From Cetorhinus maximus (taxonomy: Eukaryota), in the NCBI RefSeq assembly GCF_964194155.1, contig NC_135891.1, forward strand, positions 67,208,001 through 67,272,000: DNA of 64,000 bases, given 5' to 3'. Positions 12,451-24,724 of the stretch are shown here, one piece after another. The notes beneath the pieces are model-generated. The model was not told the DNA's origin. It made no database searches and was given only the letters and a program-made list of their open reading frames with translations. Position 1 is the stretch's first letter; the number at the start of each line of letters is the position of its first letter. A program made the translations under genes and the position numbers.

Positions 12451-12512
12451 CCATTCTAGTAAATAAAAACTATTGTGTCCAAATTATTGAAGAGGCCAAC
12501 TGTTGTACATTA

Positions 12513-13930
12513 AGATAAAAGCAAAAAACTGCGAATGCTGGAAATCCAAAATAAAAATACCTGGAAAAACTCAGCAGGTCTGACAGCATCTGCGGAGAGG
12601 AATACAGTTAACGTTTTGAGTCCGTATGACTCTTCAACAGAATTAAGGAAAAATAGAAAAGAGGTGAAATATAAGCTGGTTTAAGGGGGGGATGGGACAA
12701 GTAGAGCTGGATAGAGGGCCAGTGATAGGTGGAGATAACCAAAAGATGTCACAGACAAAAGGACAAAGAGGTGTTGAAGGTGGTGATATTATCTAAGGAA
12801 TGTGCTAATAGGTGACATTAAGTGTAGAAAGCAGGACGTGCAAGGTACAGATAGCCCTAGTGGGGGTGGGGCGGGGGGAAAGGGATCGAAATCGGTTAAA
12901 AGATAGAGATAAAACAATGGATGGAAATACATTTAAAAATAATGGAAATAGGTGGGGGAAAAAAAATCTATATAAATTATTGGAAAAAAGGGGGGATTGG
13001 AAAGGGGGTGGGGATGGAGGAGAGAGTTCATGATCTAAAATTGTTGAACTCAATATTCAGTCCGGAAGGCTGTAAAGTGCCTAGTCGGAAGATGAGGTGT
13101 TGTTCATCCAGTTTGCATTGAGCTTCACTGGAACAATGCAGCAGGCCAAGGATGGATATGTGGGCATGAGAGCAGGGGTGGTGTGTTGAAATGGCAAGCG
13201 ACAGGGAGGTCTGGGTCATGCTTGCAGACAGACCGAAGGTGTTCCGCAAAACGGTCACCCAGTCTCCAATGTGGAGGAAACCGCATTGGGAGCAGCAAAT
13301 GCAGTAGACTAAATTGAGGGAATTGCAAGTGAAGTGCTGCTTCACTTGAAAGGAGTGTTTGGGTCCTTGGACGGTGAGGAGGAGGGAAGTAAAGGGGCAG
13401 GTGTTGCACCTTCTGTGGTTGCATGGGAAGGTGCCGTGGGATGGGGTTGAGGTGTATGGGGTAATGGAGGAGTGGACCAGGGTGTCCCGGAGGGAACGAT
13501 CCCTGCGAAATGCCGCCTGGGGTGGGGTGAAGGGAAGATGTGTTTGGTGGTGGCATCATGCTGGAAATGGCGGAGGATGATCCTTTGAATGCGGAGGCTG
13601 GTGGGGTGATAAGTGAGGACACTCCCTCCCAGAACCCTGATAGGGTCCCCCTTGTCCTCATTGTTTTATCTCTACCTTTTAGCCTGTTTCGATTCCCCCC
13701 CCCCCCAACCCCACCCCCACTAGGGCTATCTGTCCCCTGCTCGTCCTGCTTTCTACCCTTAATGTCTCCATTAGCACATTTCTTAGCTAATATCACCACC
13801 ATCAACACCTCGTTGTCCTTTTGTCTATGACATCTTTTGTCTATCTCCACCTATCACTGGCCTTCTATCCAGCTCTACCTGTCCCACCCCCCCACCCCTT
13901 AAACCAGCTTATATTTCACCTCTTTTTTAT
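12513..13930 (-). mobile_element. Penelope-like element (Neptune-type), 3' part with GIY-YIG endonuclease and an inverted segment (13621-13930)
   Basis: Minus strand reads GTFPCNHRRCNTCPF (Cys linker), FTCNSLNLVYCICCSQCG, RFAEHLRSV..VACHFN, LEEQHLIFRLGTLQPSGLNIEF-like. 13660-13930 is the reverse complement of about 12660-12920. Confidence 0.9.
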
Positions 13931-14577
13931 ATATTTGGAAATAGCCCTGTGGAGCTGATTTCAAACCTGTGTTGGTATTTAGTGATTGCAAAGAAGGTAC
14001 AGAGACCTTTTGGATATTTGTAACGTGAAGGAAACTGAAAATTAGGTTTTGCAATACAGTACTGACTGCTCTGTTAACACTGGACTCCTCAATTTTAGTT
14101 TCTAAGAGTCAGTAAGCAAGGAATAGAAATCAGACAATAAGTCATGAAGAGATCTTAAGATCTATAATGTTATCGGAAATTGTTGATAAATTGGACTTGT
14201 GGTAGGGTCTGTGTCTATGAGTGTGTCTCAATTGGATTAAAGCCAGCTAGCCTGGGTGTTTTGATGTATAGTGGTTTGAGATGTTAATTAGATAAACATA
14301 AGCAGTAAAAGATAAAGTGCAATTTGCATTTGTTGAATAAACTGTTCAAAGGAATGGATAAAATCTTGCACCTAGCTGACACCAAGAGTTTATATTACTA
14401 ATAAAATTGGTGGAATGAAAGGATTATTGTTAGGAGAGGTAAAATTGAAAAAACCTAGTAATACAATGGAAAATTTACATTCAAAGGGGAAGCTAGGTAT
14501 AAATAGAAAGGAGTTTGTGGGTGTGAGTCAGAGGCATGTAAGATCTAACCAGCCTGTAAGCCAACAACTGTATCTGC

Positions 14578-14770
14578 AACAAAAACAGAATTACCTGGAA
14601 AAACTCAGCAGGTCTGGCAGCATCGGTGGAGAAGAAATCAGTTAACGTTTCAAGCCTTCACGGCCCTTCGGCAGAACTGAAGCATAGTTAGGAGAAAGGA
14701 GAAATATAAGCTGGTTTAAGGTGGGGGGGGGGCGGAGGGGGGGGGGAAGAGAGAAGTTGAGGGTGTGGTG
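14578..14770 (-). mobile_element. Penelope-like terminus
   Basis: aacaaaaacagaattacctggaaaaactcagcagg...; hammerhead-like fold at 14638-14680. Confidence 0.8.
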
Positions 14771-14945
14771 ATTTTGAATCACCATTTTGAATTTGTAAGG
14801 TCAAATGTGCTTTTGCCTGGTGTCTGTTTAAAGTCTATGGGTTATTGCTGCTTTGGTGAAGATTTACCTGGGAGAGATTAATTTGGGGACTTGTTTAAAA
14901 GTTATTATGGTAGTAATTTGTAGACACATATGTATTTAATTAGTT

Positions 14946-15308
14946 AAAAAATAACACCACACCCCCACTAGAGCTGTACCTTGTGTGTCCTGCCATCCAT
15001 TCTTAATTAGCACATTCTCTTAGATAATATCACCACCTTCAACACTTCTTTGTTCTTTTGTCTGTGACATCTTTTGATTATCTGCTCCTATCACTGCTTG
15101 CTTGACCCTACAACCACCCCCCCCCTCCCCCCCACCCCACTTTTCTCCCCCCACCCCACCCCCACCTTAAACCAGCTTATATTTCACCCCTCTCCTAATT
15201 TTACTCAGTTCTGTTGAAGGGTCATGAGAACCCGAAACGTCAACTTTATTCTTCTCCGCCGATGCTGCCAGACCTGCTGAGTTTTTCCAGGTAATTCTGT
15301 TTTTGTTT
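14946..15308 (+). mobile_element. Penelope-like 3' region with 15-bp TSD
   Basis: Direct repeat tgtatttaattagtt at 14931-14945 and 15309-15323; sequence matches the PLE 3' region at 58210-58513. Confidence 0.88.
15207..15245 (+). ncRNA. Candidate minimal type-I hammerhead ribozyme (variant core), GUC site
   Basis: AGTT-CTGTTGA-A-GGGTC atgag AACCC-GAAA-CG-TC-AACT: stem I, core, stem II, GAAA, palindromic ACGT in place of stem III. Confidence 0.6.
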
Positions 15309-17576
15309 TGTATTTAATTAGTTGTTAACTTAATAAATGTTTAATTTAGTTTTATATTAAAAAACCTCGAGGTTTTGTGGTTTTATTCCTGAATTCAGAG
15401 CTGCATCTCAAACATACCAGTTGAAAATATAGGTTATGACAGGTGTTCAAGTTTCCCTCTGGGATTTAAACAATTCAACCTTTACCAACTGTTGTGTCAT
15501 AACAGTAAAGAAAACTCACCCATAGGGAGATGCATTTAAGGGGAAGCTAGATAATAGACGATATAGAAAGGAACAGAAGGAAATGTAGTAGGGGTGAAGG
15601 AGGCTTCTGTGGCACATAAATACTTGTAGGGCCGAATAGCCAGTTTCCATGCTGTAAATTTAACATAATTCTATGTCGCCGGTATCCTTCCATCTATGAA
15701 CGATGTTGGACACACGGCAAACAGCCCATTTCAGGTGGGGTGTCTTCATATGGCGCACCTTTGCTGATGACTGAAGGGGCCAATCCTTTAGAGGCAGATT
15801 CTGCCACAAGTTCCACACATGAAGCTACCAAGTGTCATTGTGGGTTGTTGTTTTTGGCGTTGGAGTCTGTTACCAAGCTGCTGTAGCCGCTGGTCATTGT
15901 GGTAGTGTACACCGATCCACAGGAGGTGTTGCCATTTTCCTCAGTCTTCAGCTAGTGACTCCCTGGTGTGATGTTTAGGGCCTCCATATTAAGCTTGCAA
16001 GCATCCTTGAAGCAGAGCTTTGGATTTTCTACTAGTCATTTGGCTCCAGCTACCTCACGACACAGAAAGTCCTTGAGCATGTGACCACCTCCATCCTGCC
16101 TCTGCCAATGAAGCCATCTGTGTTTGATGAGTATCAACAAACTTGGGAGCTCTGCCTTTGAGAGGACTGTCGCAGTCATGATTTTATCCTGCCAGGATCT
16201 ACCCATAATTTGCCACAGACAGCGAAGATAGAAATTGTTGATCATCTTTTCTTGATATCTATAAGTTGTCCATGTTTCAATCATACAACAAGGTGCTGAG
16301 AATATAGGCCTTATAAACCATCAACTTGTTCGTAATGGTCAGTTTTATATTAATTCATGTGAGTTTTGAGTCAGCCAAAAGTGGCTGCTTTCCCTGTGCA
16401 TGCATCAAGTTCTGCATTGAGACAGATTGTCTGTCACCATGGCCCTGAGGTAGCAGAATTTGTTAACCACTTTGGGGTGTTACTTCGAGTGATCAAGGGA
16501 GAAGATACAAGGGAGATGTCCCATGATCAGACTTTTTTTGACACTTTATAGTCAGGGAGAACAAGCTACGAGCATGGAAGAGACAGTCTTTGAGAATTGA
16601 AGCTGAGTTTCCGTGTGGGCGACTAGTGCAATGTCGTCAGTGTGTAGGAGTTCCCTGAGTAGGATGTGATGTGTTTTTGTCTTCATTTTCAGTTTTGATA
16701 GATTGTAGAACTTTCCATCTCACCTACTGTGAAAGTTGGACTCCTTCCATATTGGAAGGCAAAGGTCAGGAGCATGGAGAAGATGATGTCAAACAGAGTC
16801 CGGGTTAAAACATAGACCTGTTTCATTCCATTTTTCACTTTGAAGTTGTCGGAAGTGGAGCATCAAACTGTACAGTGCAACGCATGTTGTCTTGGAAGGA
16901 GCGGATGAAACTGAGGAGCTTTGGTGGACAGCCAATTTTCCCCAAAACCTTGCAGTGTCCTGCTCTGCTGACAGTGTTATATGCCTTAGTGAGATCCATG
17001 AAAGTAAGGTAAAGAGGTATATCCCCTGTTCCCTAAACTTGTTTTTGGTGTATGGAGAAAATCATGTCTACAGTAGATCTGCCGGCATGGAAACTGCACT
17101 GTGCTACTGGGTACACTCGGTATGAAAATTGGCGGAGTCTTTTAAATATGACTCAAGCTGAGGCCTTCCCCATTATGCAAAGGAGTGAGATGCCCCTTTA
17201 TTTGTTGCAGCCTCCTCTGTTGCCTTATTTTTTGTATAGTGTGATGATTCATGCATCTCTAGTGGAATGGAGCCTACTTCCCAGCAGAGAAGGAGAAGAT
17301 CATAAAGGTATGGCAATAGATGGGACTGTCAGTGTTTGAGTAGTTCGCCTGGGTCTCCATATTTGCCAGCTGTCTTTATTTTTGCTGAGCAGTCTATGCC
17401 CTTCTTGGGTTTGAGTGTTGAGAGTTCTTCATCTAATTCCATGACAGGAAGCTGTGGGATGTCAATGTTTTATTAATTACATTGTTGAGGTTTAATGTCC
17501 ATTACCTTGTTAACCAAGTGATGGGTATTGGAACGCCTGTAAATGGGGATAGCTGGGACACTGGTGTCTGTCTAGT

Positions 17577-17873
17577 AACAAAAACAGAATTACCTGGAAA
17601 AACTCAGCAGGTTTGGCAGCATCGGTGGAGAAGAAATCAGTTAACGTTTCGAGTCCTCATGACCCTTTGGCAGAACTAAGTATAGTTAGGAGAAAGGTGA
17701 AATATAACTTTCCTAACTATACTCAGTTCTGCCGAAGGGTCATGAGGACTCGAAACGTTAACTGATTTCTTCTCCACCGATGCTGCCAGACCTGCTGAGT
17801 TTTTCCAGGTAATTCTGTTTTTGTTTTGGATTTCCAGCATCCGCAGTAGCTTTTAGCTTTTTGTTTTTATCTC
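17577..17873. mobile_element. Fold-back mini-Penelope: two inverted termini with 14-bp TSD
   Basis: Arms ~17577-17692 and ~17711-17825 are near-perfect reverse complements; TSD ggtgtctgtctagt at 17563-17576 and 17874-17887. Confidence 0.9.
17723..17765 (+). ncRNA. Candidate minimal hammerhead ribozyme (variant core)
   Basis: TCAGTT-CTGCCGA-A-GGGTC atgag GACTC-GAAA-CG-TT-AACTGA; perfect 6-bp stem I. Confidence 0.6.
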
Positions 17874-20344
17874 GGTGTCTGTCTAGTGTTGACTGTGAAC
17901 TAAGTCAATAAACTCTCTCCAGCAAAGAAAGGCACTGTGTCTTAGTTTTAACTTCACCAACCAGTGTGGACCCAATTAAGGATCCAATTAACAGGAGAGT
18001 GTTAAACGTGACTGGGAGATTTCTGTCTCACAGGAGTAGTTCACAGTTGTATTCAGACCAGCAGGACCTCTTTATTTCTGTCAGTGAGTACTTTACAATC
18101 TGCTGACTTCAGGGAGGCAACTTATCTGATGGTAGGACCAAGCCCCCTCTTGATCCCTGCATACATAGTTTGTATATTTCCATTGTCGCAAACAGTTTTG
18201 ATTTCTTGACGTAAGTTGATCCAGTATTAATTTGCGCAGTATCTCCCTGTCTTTTGCATGGCTGTCTTGACTACTTCCAGGTTGTACAGTGTTTTAGCTG
18301 TTGGGTTTATGTTGCTCATCATGTAGGCTTTGTTCTTGCATGAATGACAGATGTTATATCAGCTGAGTAGGTCGCAGAGCAGGCCTTGCTGTTGGTTCCG
18401 CCTTTACTAAATGCTGCTTCACAGAAAATTGAGCTTAGCTACTTCCAGGCTTCATTGATAGCAGCATTGATGCTTCCTGGTAAAATTTTGGTGGCTAGCA
18501 CTCATTCTAGTGACAATGTGAAGTGATGGTATTTAGTTTATTATTGTGCAAGGAATGTTGATGTATGGTTCGTCGTTGTGTTTGGAATGTAAAACTCTTG
18601 GTATTCACCTTCATGTGACGAGAAAGTGGTTGGTGTCATGATCTGCGCTGTGGTAGATGCGGGTGTAGAGAGCACTGGGCAGATCGCACCTTCTCGTGAT
18701 GACCTAGTCTAGTTGCCAATGTCCAGACCTTGGGTGACACCATGATACCTTGTGATGTTTGCCCTGGAAGGAGGCATTGATGATGCAGAGTTCATTCAGG
18801 GCACAATGCTCATGAAGGTGTATTCCATTATTGTTGATCTTGCCCACCCCATGACGACTGGGCAACGTTGGCCATAAATCACTGTCTTGCCTAACTCGTG
18901 CATTGAAGTCACCTAGGATGAATAGCCTCTCGGCACTTTAAATATTCCTCAGAACAATTCTTTGTTGGAGATGCATGACGTATAGTGTTAGTGTGTGGGC
19001 GCATATGATGTTGACTGCACCTCCAGGTGATAGCTGCAGGGAGTTGAAGCGCTCCGAGGTTGTTACTGGTGACTTAATTGACTGTGTCAGCCGGTTGCTC
19101 ACTGCAAAACCTACACCATGCTTACAGTGGTCTTCAGTGCTCTTTCCACACCAATAGAAAGTGTAATTAGCCTCATGAGTAGAGCCTGTGTGGGCTAATC
19201 TGGTTTCTCGTGGAGCAGCAATGTTGACACCAATCTTGTGTACTCCACGGTCAATCAGGACCATTTTGCGTACACTTGCTGTGGAATATGGGGCTTTTTT
19301 CATGCCAGGTCGCACAGTCCTCACATTCCAGCTTCCAAGCCGACAGGTTACCTTTTTATGTTTGCTGCATAGCCTAGGCCAGGTTTTAGAGGGTGCAGAC
19401 TTCCCTAGCATCTATAGGAGTAGCATCGTAAGCTGGTATCCAGAAGAAAGACTAAAGCTTATACGACTGGGGCCTAGTGGTTACAGGAGTTGCCAGAAAG
19501 TGCTAACTTGAGGGAAACACTAACTACCTGATGGGACTGCACTCCAGATTTTGTCAGGTTTACTGTCTTAGCCATTAACTCATGATGATGTTGTAATGGT
19601 TAGAAGGCACTAGCTGGCATGGGCCAGATCACCACAGACATGGATGTAATCTTGTCCTGCAGGCATACCATTCCTTGGCCCTTCTCACGGCAGCCAGTGC
19701 CCCCTCCCAACTCTTGTGCCCAGCCTAGTCGTTGATCCCTCACTAGAATGCCACCTTGGCAAATTAAGCTCAATGTAACCCCTTGACTAGACCACACAAT
19801 TTAATCCCCTCATTAAAACCCACACCTCAATACTAAGCCACCTTAGTAAGCCCCCATTACAGCGTTAATCACCCCTCCCCACAAAGGCCTTCACCAAAGC
19901 ACTAAATTTCCTCCCCACCTGACTAACCTTTACTGTCATAATGGAACTATCTGTAACACTAGCTTCATGATGCTTGTACAATTTGATATGTTTAGCTGTG
20001 CACTTTCGATAGGACCTTAAATTGCAACCATAGAAACGCAGACAATATTGAATGTGTATCAAGGAAGTGAAGCCACTTAGGAAGGAAGAGTGAATCAGCA
20101 ATCTTGCGCAAGGAATGTTTCAGATTGTAGCTCTGTTCCACTTTGGAAAAGTGGAGGCCACTAGGCCTCACTTTAGAAAAAGAGGCATTTCAGCCACAAC
20201 AAATAAGTTCCCCTTACTTGTGATGAGTCATTTATTATGTGGAGAGGAAAGAGATCTTTTCTAAGCACAGGAAAGATGGATGTGCGTTGAATAGGGATTA
20301 CGAATATGTAGCCTTTGCTCTGCGGGGAAATAATTTGACATAAT

Positions 20345-20625
20345 AACATAAGATATAGGAACAGAAGTAGGTCATACAATCCCTGCTCTGCCATTCAGTG
20401 AGATCATGGCTGATCGTTGATTTTAACTCCAGTTTCCCATTCTATTCCCTCATATCTTGATTCCCTTGGTGTCCACAAGTCTTATTGATCTGAGTCTTGA
20501 ATATAATCGATGGTTGAGCATCCACAGCTCTGTGGAGAATTTGAAAGATTCACAACTCTGAAGAAATTTCTCCTCATCTCAGTCTTAAATGGGTGACCCT
20601 TTATCCTAAAGTTGCATTTGTTCTT
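20345..20625 (-). mobile_element. CR1 3' fragment
   Basis: ataggaacagaagtaggtca...gagatcatggctgatc...gaagaaatttctcctcatctcagtcttaaatgg. Confidence 0.75.
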
Positions 20626-22299
20626 GAACTGTATACTGAATTCTTAGCTGTGAAGAGCTGCGTTCTATGTCATATTTGTACTAGCAGGAAATTACAGTAA
20701 ATATAATTTAGTAATTTGGATTGAAGTGTATGAACTCATTTGCAACCTCTGATTGTAATCTTAAGCGACAGAAATATTGCCAGTGTGTTACCATTCAGCA
20801 CTGTCCTGCAAATCTTCACGGCCCCTAATGCTTGAAACATAAGCTCAAGCTTTCCTGAGTTTGCTTTCATGATTTGTTCTTCAAATAACTTTGGATTATT
20901 TGGATTTGGATATAATAACATTGTGTTGATGTTATTACTGCACATGTTGGGAATAGTCTGAGCACTGCATATGATGGACTGCAATAATCTAACCTGTCGG
21001 GGTCCCAACATGAACTGCTCAGCACTCTTCAGAAGCACAGGCATCTGCTTAATGACTGTTGCAGGGGATGCAACTGGATGAGAGCTGGCAGGTGATTAAC
21101 TTGTTCAGTGCATTAGTGTTGGTCCCCTCTAGACTCTCTTCCCTGTTTGGCTACATAATCTTTTTTGAGTTTGAAAAACAAAAATTGATTGAACTTTTCA
21201 CACAGCTTTACTGCTGCTTAGAAATGAGCATAGGTATTAAATTTGTCTAAATCTTTACATGAACCTGATGTCTTCCTTCCAGTTGATCCTGAGCACCTGT
21301 AGGATTTGTGTCACCAACCTGCTGATTTGCTTTCTCTCAGGTATTTTGGAAGAGAGACAATGGTGAGCCTCCCACAGTTGCATGCAGCAGTTTTCTTCTG
21401 AAATGTTTTTGGCGTTTGCTCTCCTTTCTTAAACTGGAGGTGCTGACTCCAGGAGTATGGGCTCATGGACTCTAGTTGCCATCTGGTACCTCAGTCAAGT
21501 AGCTGTTGTAGGTATGTGACTCTATACATTGGTTTGGCAGACAATGAAAGTGCCACAGCTAGTTGTCCTGTGTGCCCTGACCCAGTTGTCGTTCAATGTG
21601 CAGTCACCCACTTTCTGGCCAGAAACACTGATAACAATCAGGAGAGGGTGCTCTAGTCGTTCAGAAATTTAATTTCTGTCTTAGTTAAACATCTTAAAAA
21701 TAAATTAGTCATTTTTGGAATATTTTATTAAAACATTGAAGAGGCAAGCCAGGAGGAATGCAATCTGTTTGAATGAGTTTGTGGTGGTTACATGGAGGAG
21801 CTGAATTAATACATGCACTTGTAAGAATGATCTCACAAGCATGGTCTTTCGCTGTTCATTCAGGCTCCTCCCACAAGCATATAGTTTCTCTGAGTAAGTA
21901 TCTTCTGATGCTGAAGCTCATAATTTTGGGATAAGGATGCCTTTACAAATAGGAAACGCTGAACAAATTTTTTAAAAATGTTGAATTAATTATTTTTGAG
22001 AAGTGGTCCTAAAGTCGAATCTGTTTAAACCTACTACTGAAGTGTATTATAGCCCTAAAATACAGTGACTGCAATCAGTAAAAGTGTTTGTACTTTAGTA
22101 CATTACTAAGGGCTAAAGCCCATCAAATATTGCTGGCAGAACGGGTCCCTTCCTACATAACCCTGGAAGTGAAACTGTTCTGCCACTACAGCAATTTGCA
22201 TCCAGAAAGCATTCCTTAAGAAAAAAATCTCTGAGCGTTTAAGACCGTGAGGTTGTCAATGAGTAGATCAAGGAGAGAAATTTCATGGAAGGAGGAGGG

Positions 22300-23140
22300 G
22301 GTTATCAGGCACAGGCCCTTAAGGGGTTTTTAAGACAGAGTGGTAGCATGGTGCATTCGCTTATGGAGAGAATTTCAGGAGGACTGGTTGCCTGAATCAA
22401 AGGAGTGTGATGATGGTGGTTTTGCAAGGAATTAGGAACCAGTGTCAGGATGAAACGAGATTGTCTGTGAGCATGGGGCCAAGGACAGAACTGCTTTTGC
22501 AAGGTCCAGAGTGCAAATAGTTGGGGTGTCATGGAAGAGACAAGTTTGATAAGACTGAGAAGAAATGAAGCAGGAGGTGGTAGAAATATCTCTGGATACC
22601 GTCAGCTTTAAAAAAACATGTTATGAATTCCTTGCTTTTAGATGTGCAATTCAACTCAGAATTTAGTCTTCTATGAATAAAAATATTTACGTGCAACCAT
22701 GCTGAATCATGCAATACATTGCTCTCCGCAGCCAAAACTGACTACTCCGGTTCATTCTGGAAGCCACTCAATCCAAACTCTTTTTCTTTTTCCCTCATGA
22801 CCATCCATCTCATTAAACCACTTCCTTTCAAATCCCAAATGTGGAAACAAGCTTGTGGATTTCTTTGCTTTGAAGATCCAAATCACTTTCTTTCCTTCTG
22901 CTCCAAAGCTCCTATTATCCTACCAGTCTAGTTCTGAATTCTTATTTTAAATAATAGCTCCATATTTTGCTCCCCACGCTTTCCAAATTCATTTTGTTCT
23001 TGACACCCTTGCTATTACCTTGATTCTTCTCTGACCCAATGCCTAACCACTATCTAGCTGGTCTCCATTCTAGTTGATATGGTCAGTATTTCCCTTTCAG
23101 TGGCCATCACCCCACTCCCTTACAAAATAAGTCATCACAT
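22300..23140. mobile_element. Old L2-like LINE fragments, both orientations
   Basis: LSAAKTDYS...NPNSFSF-type remnant on + and an L2-like tail on -; heavily decayed. Confidence 0.4.
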
Positions 23141-24724
23141 TCCTCCTGAAAAGCTCACCCTCAATCCATGCATCCTCTGCAGGTACCCTCTACTGTCCAA
23201 TGTTCCATTTTGATCAAGTTTATGAATATGTTGTTGACTCCCACCCAGCTCTGTGACCATCTTACTCATAACTCCCTGTTTAAGACATTCATACTGTAAA
23301 ATGAATGTACAGTGCCTTGGCATAAGGCTTACAGATCTCTGCAAAAACAAGCGTGAATGCGAAACTTAGTTTTCAGCCTTATGTGTCCCGAGAAAGTATA
23401 TCAAAATCCAGGATAATCTCTTGGATACAAAGCCACCTTGAGGTTGCAGGTAATGACAGAGCCTGTGCAAAGCAAGTTAAAAAGGTTGACCCCAATGTAT
23501 CGGCAGAACATTACCTGGAAAAATAACAATTCCATAGTGTTTTGGATAGGTACATGAGCACTGTAAAATGAATTCCCTTTTCTTTGGATTAAAAGCAATT
23601 GAGACTTTTCTTGTAAACAAACTGAAATTGCCAATGATCTGCATAAGTTGCAACATCACGTTTAGTGTGCATAATTAAAGTTACTGCATGGAAAATAGTC
23701 AGTGCTATGGGAGCCCATTTGAATGCGACATTAAGTGATCAGCTTTTAGTGAAACCATCACTGTTTCTGCTCATTTAATAAAGACTGCAGCCATTGCAGT
23801 ATTTCGGTAAATGACATTACTTGGTGTAATGGCTATTTCAGCATTGGCAAAAGAGTCCTCCTGATTTGGACGTTGGATAAGGATTGCTTGTTTGTTGGAA
23901 GATGTCAGTGCTATGAAGAAGAGGCTATATTATACAACAGCATCCTGATGGACTCCTGAGTTAATAGAGTTAAAGTCTATGATAAGCCATTAAGTACAGC
24001 ATGTGGATAATTTGAGAGAAAACAAGACAACAGCAAACAAGACAAAGATTTTAGATGTCCAAGATAATGACTGATTGATTAACTGGAGCGCTTGAGTGTG
24101 GAGCTCCTGGTTTAGCAACCAGTAAGGCCATATTAAAACTGTTGAATCAGACCAGGGTGTTTAAAATGATGAGTAATTGGGGAATTAGCGGCAGTCTCAA
24201 ATAAGTATGGGACTGAGGTAGTTTGAAAAGGGTGTGGTGATTAAATTTCCAGTGGAGTAAGGGACTGGGCACAAGAGAGATTAAAGTAATAGTATAGCAC
24301 AGGTGTATGTTTGTCCTGGGACAATGGAATGACTCTGGCAGGGTCCAGAAGATCTTACAATCCTCAAGGGAATTAAACCTCATGTCTGTTACAATGGTCA
24401 AACAAAATAGAGTAAAGAAGAGAAATTCTTAACTAAGATTAGTTCAAGCTAGAATTAGCAAAGTGCGACAGAAATATCAGTAGGATGGATAGGAGGATTC
24501 TTAGAAGTTGATGAGAATCTGAAAGAGGAGTAAAAGTAGTGAAGTCTCACTCCCCTGCACTTTCCCTGTAACCTTTTACGTTTTTTTTCCAAATATTTGT
24601 GCAATTCCATTACAAAACTTGTATCCACTGCCGTTTCTGGCACAGGAGTTCATATATTAATGTTCTTTGTAAAGAAATTTCTCCAAACCTCTCCCTTTAT
24701 TCTTTTGGTGAAGTGAAAGACGTG

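Larger units (their letters stand above)
14168..15504 (+). mobile_element. Solo LTR (probably Gypsy-type) carrying two PLE insertions
   Basis: TGTTAT...ATAACA termini, near-TSD ataa/gtaa, internal aataaa; colinear with 57401-59296 (shared ggattaaagccagctag and ttccctctgggattt). Confidence 0.75.
17460..17993 (+). mobile_element. Short solo LTR (~223 bp net) inserted in the RTE
   Basis: TGTCAAT...ATTAACA termini and internal aataaa; RTE sequence resumes on both sides; shares cttcaccaac with the Copia 5' LTR. Confidence 0.6.
15675..19450 (-). mobile_element. Near full-length decayed RTE-clade LINE
   Basis: APE start CRLGSWNVRT...ETRLAHTGS..EANYTFYWCGK...HGVGFAV; RT 3' part ETWTTYR...NNFYLRCLWQIMG; C-terminal CGTCGRIC..RIG..SH zinc-finger motif near 15770-15825. 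Confidence 0.88.

Noticed and set aside
13125-13850. 241-aa ORF as a host gene
   Set aside because: It spans the PLE inversion junction and shifts between frames of a decayed element.
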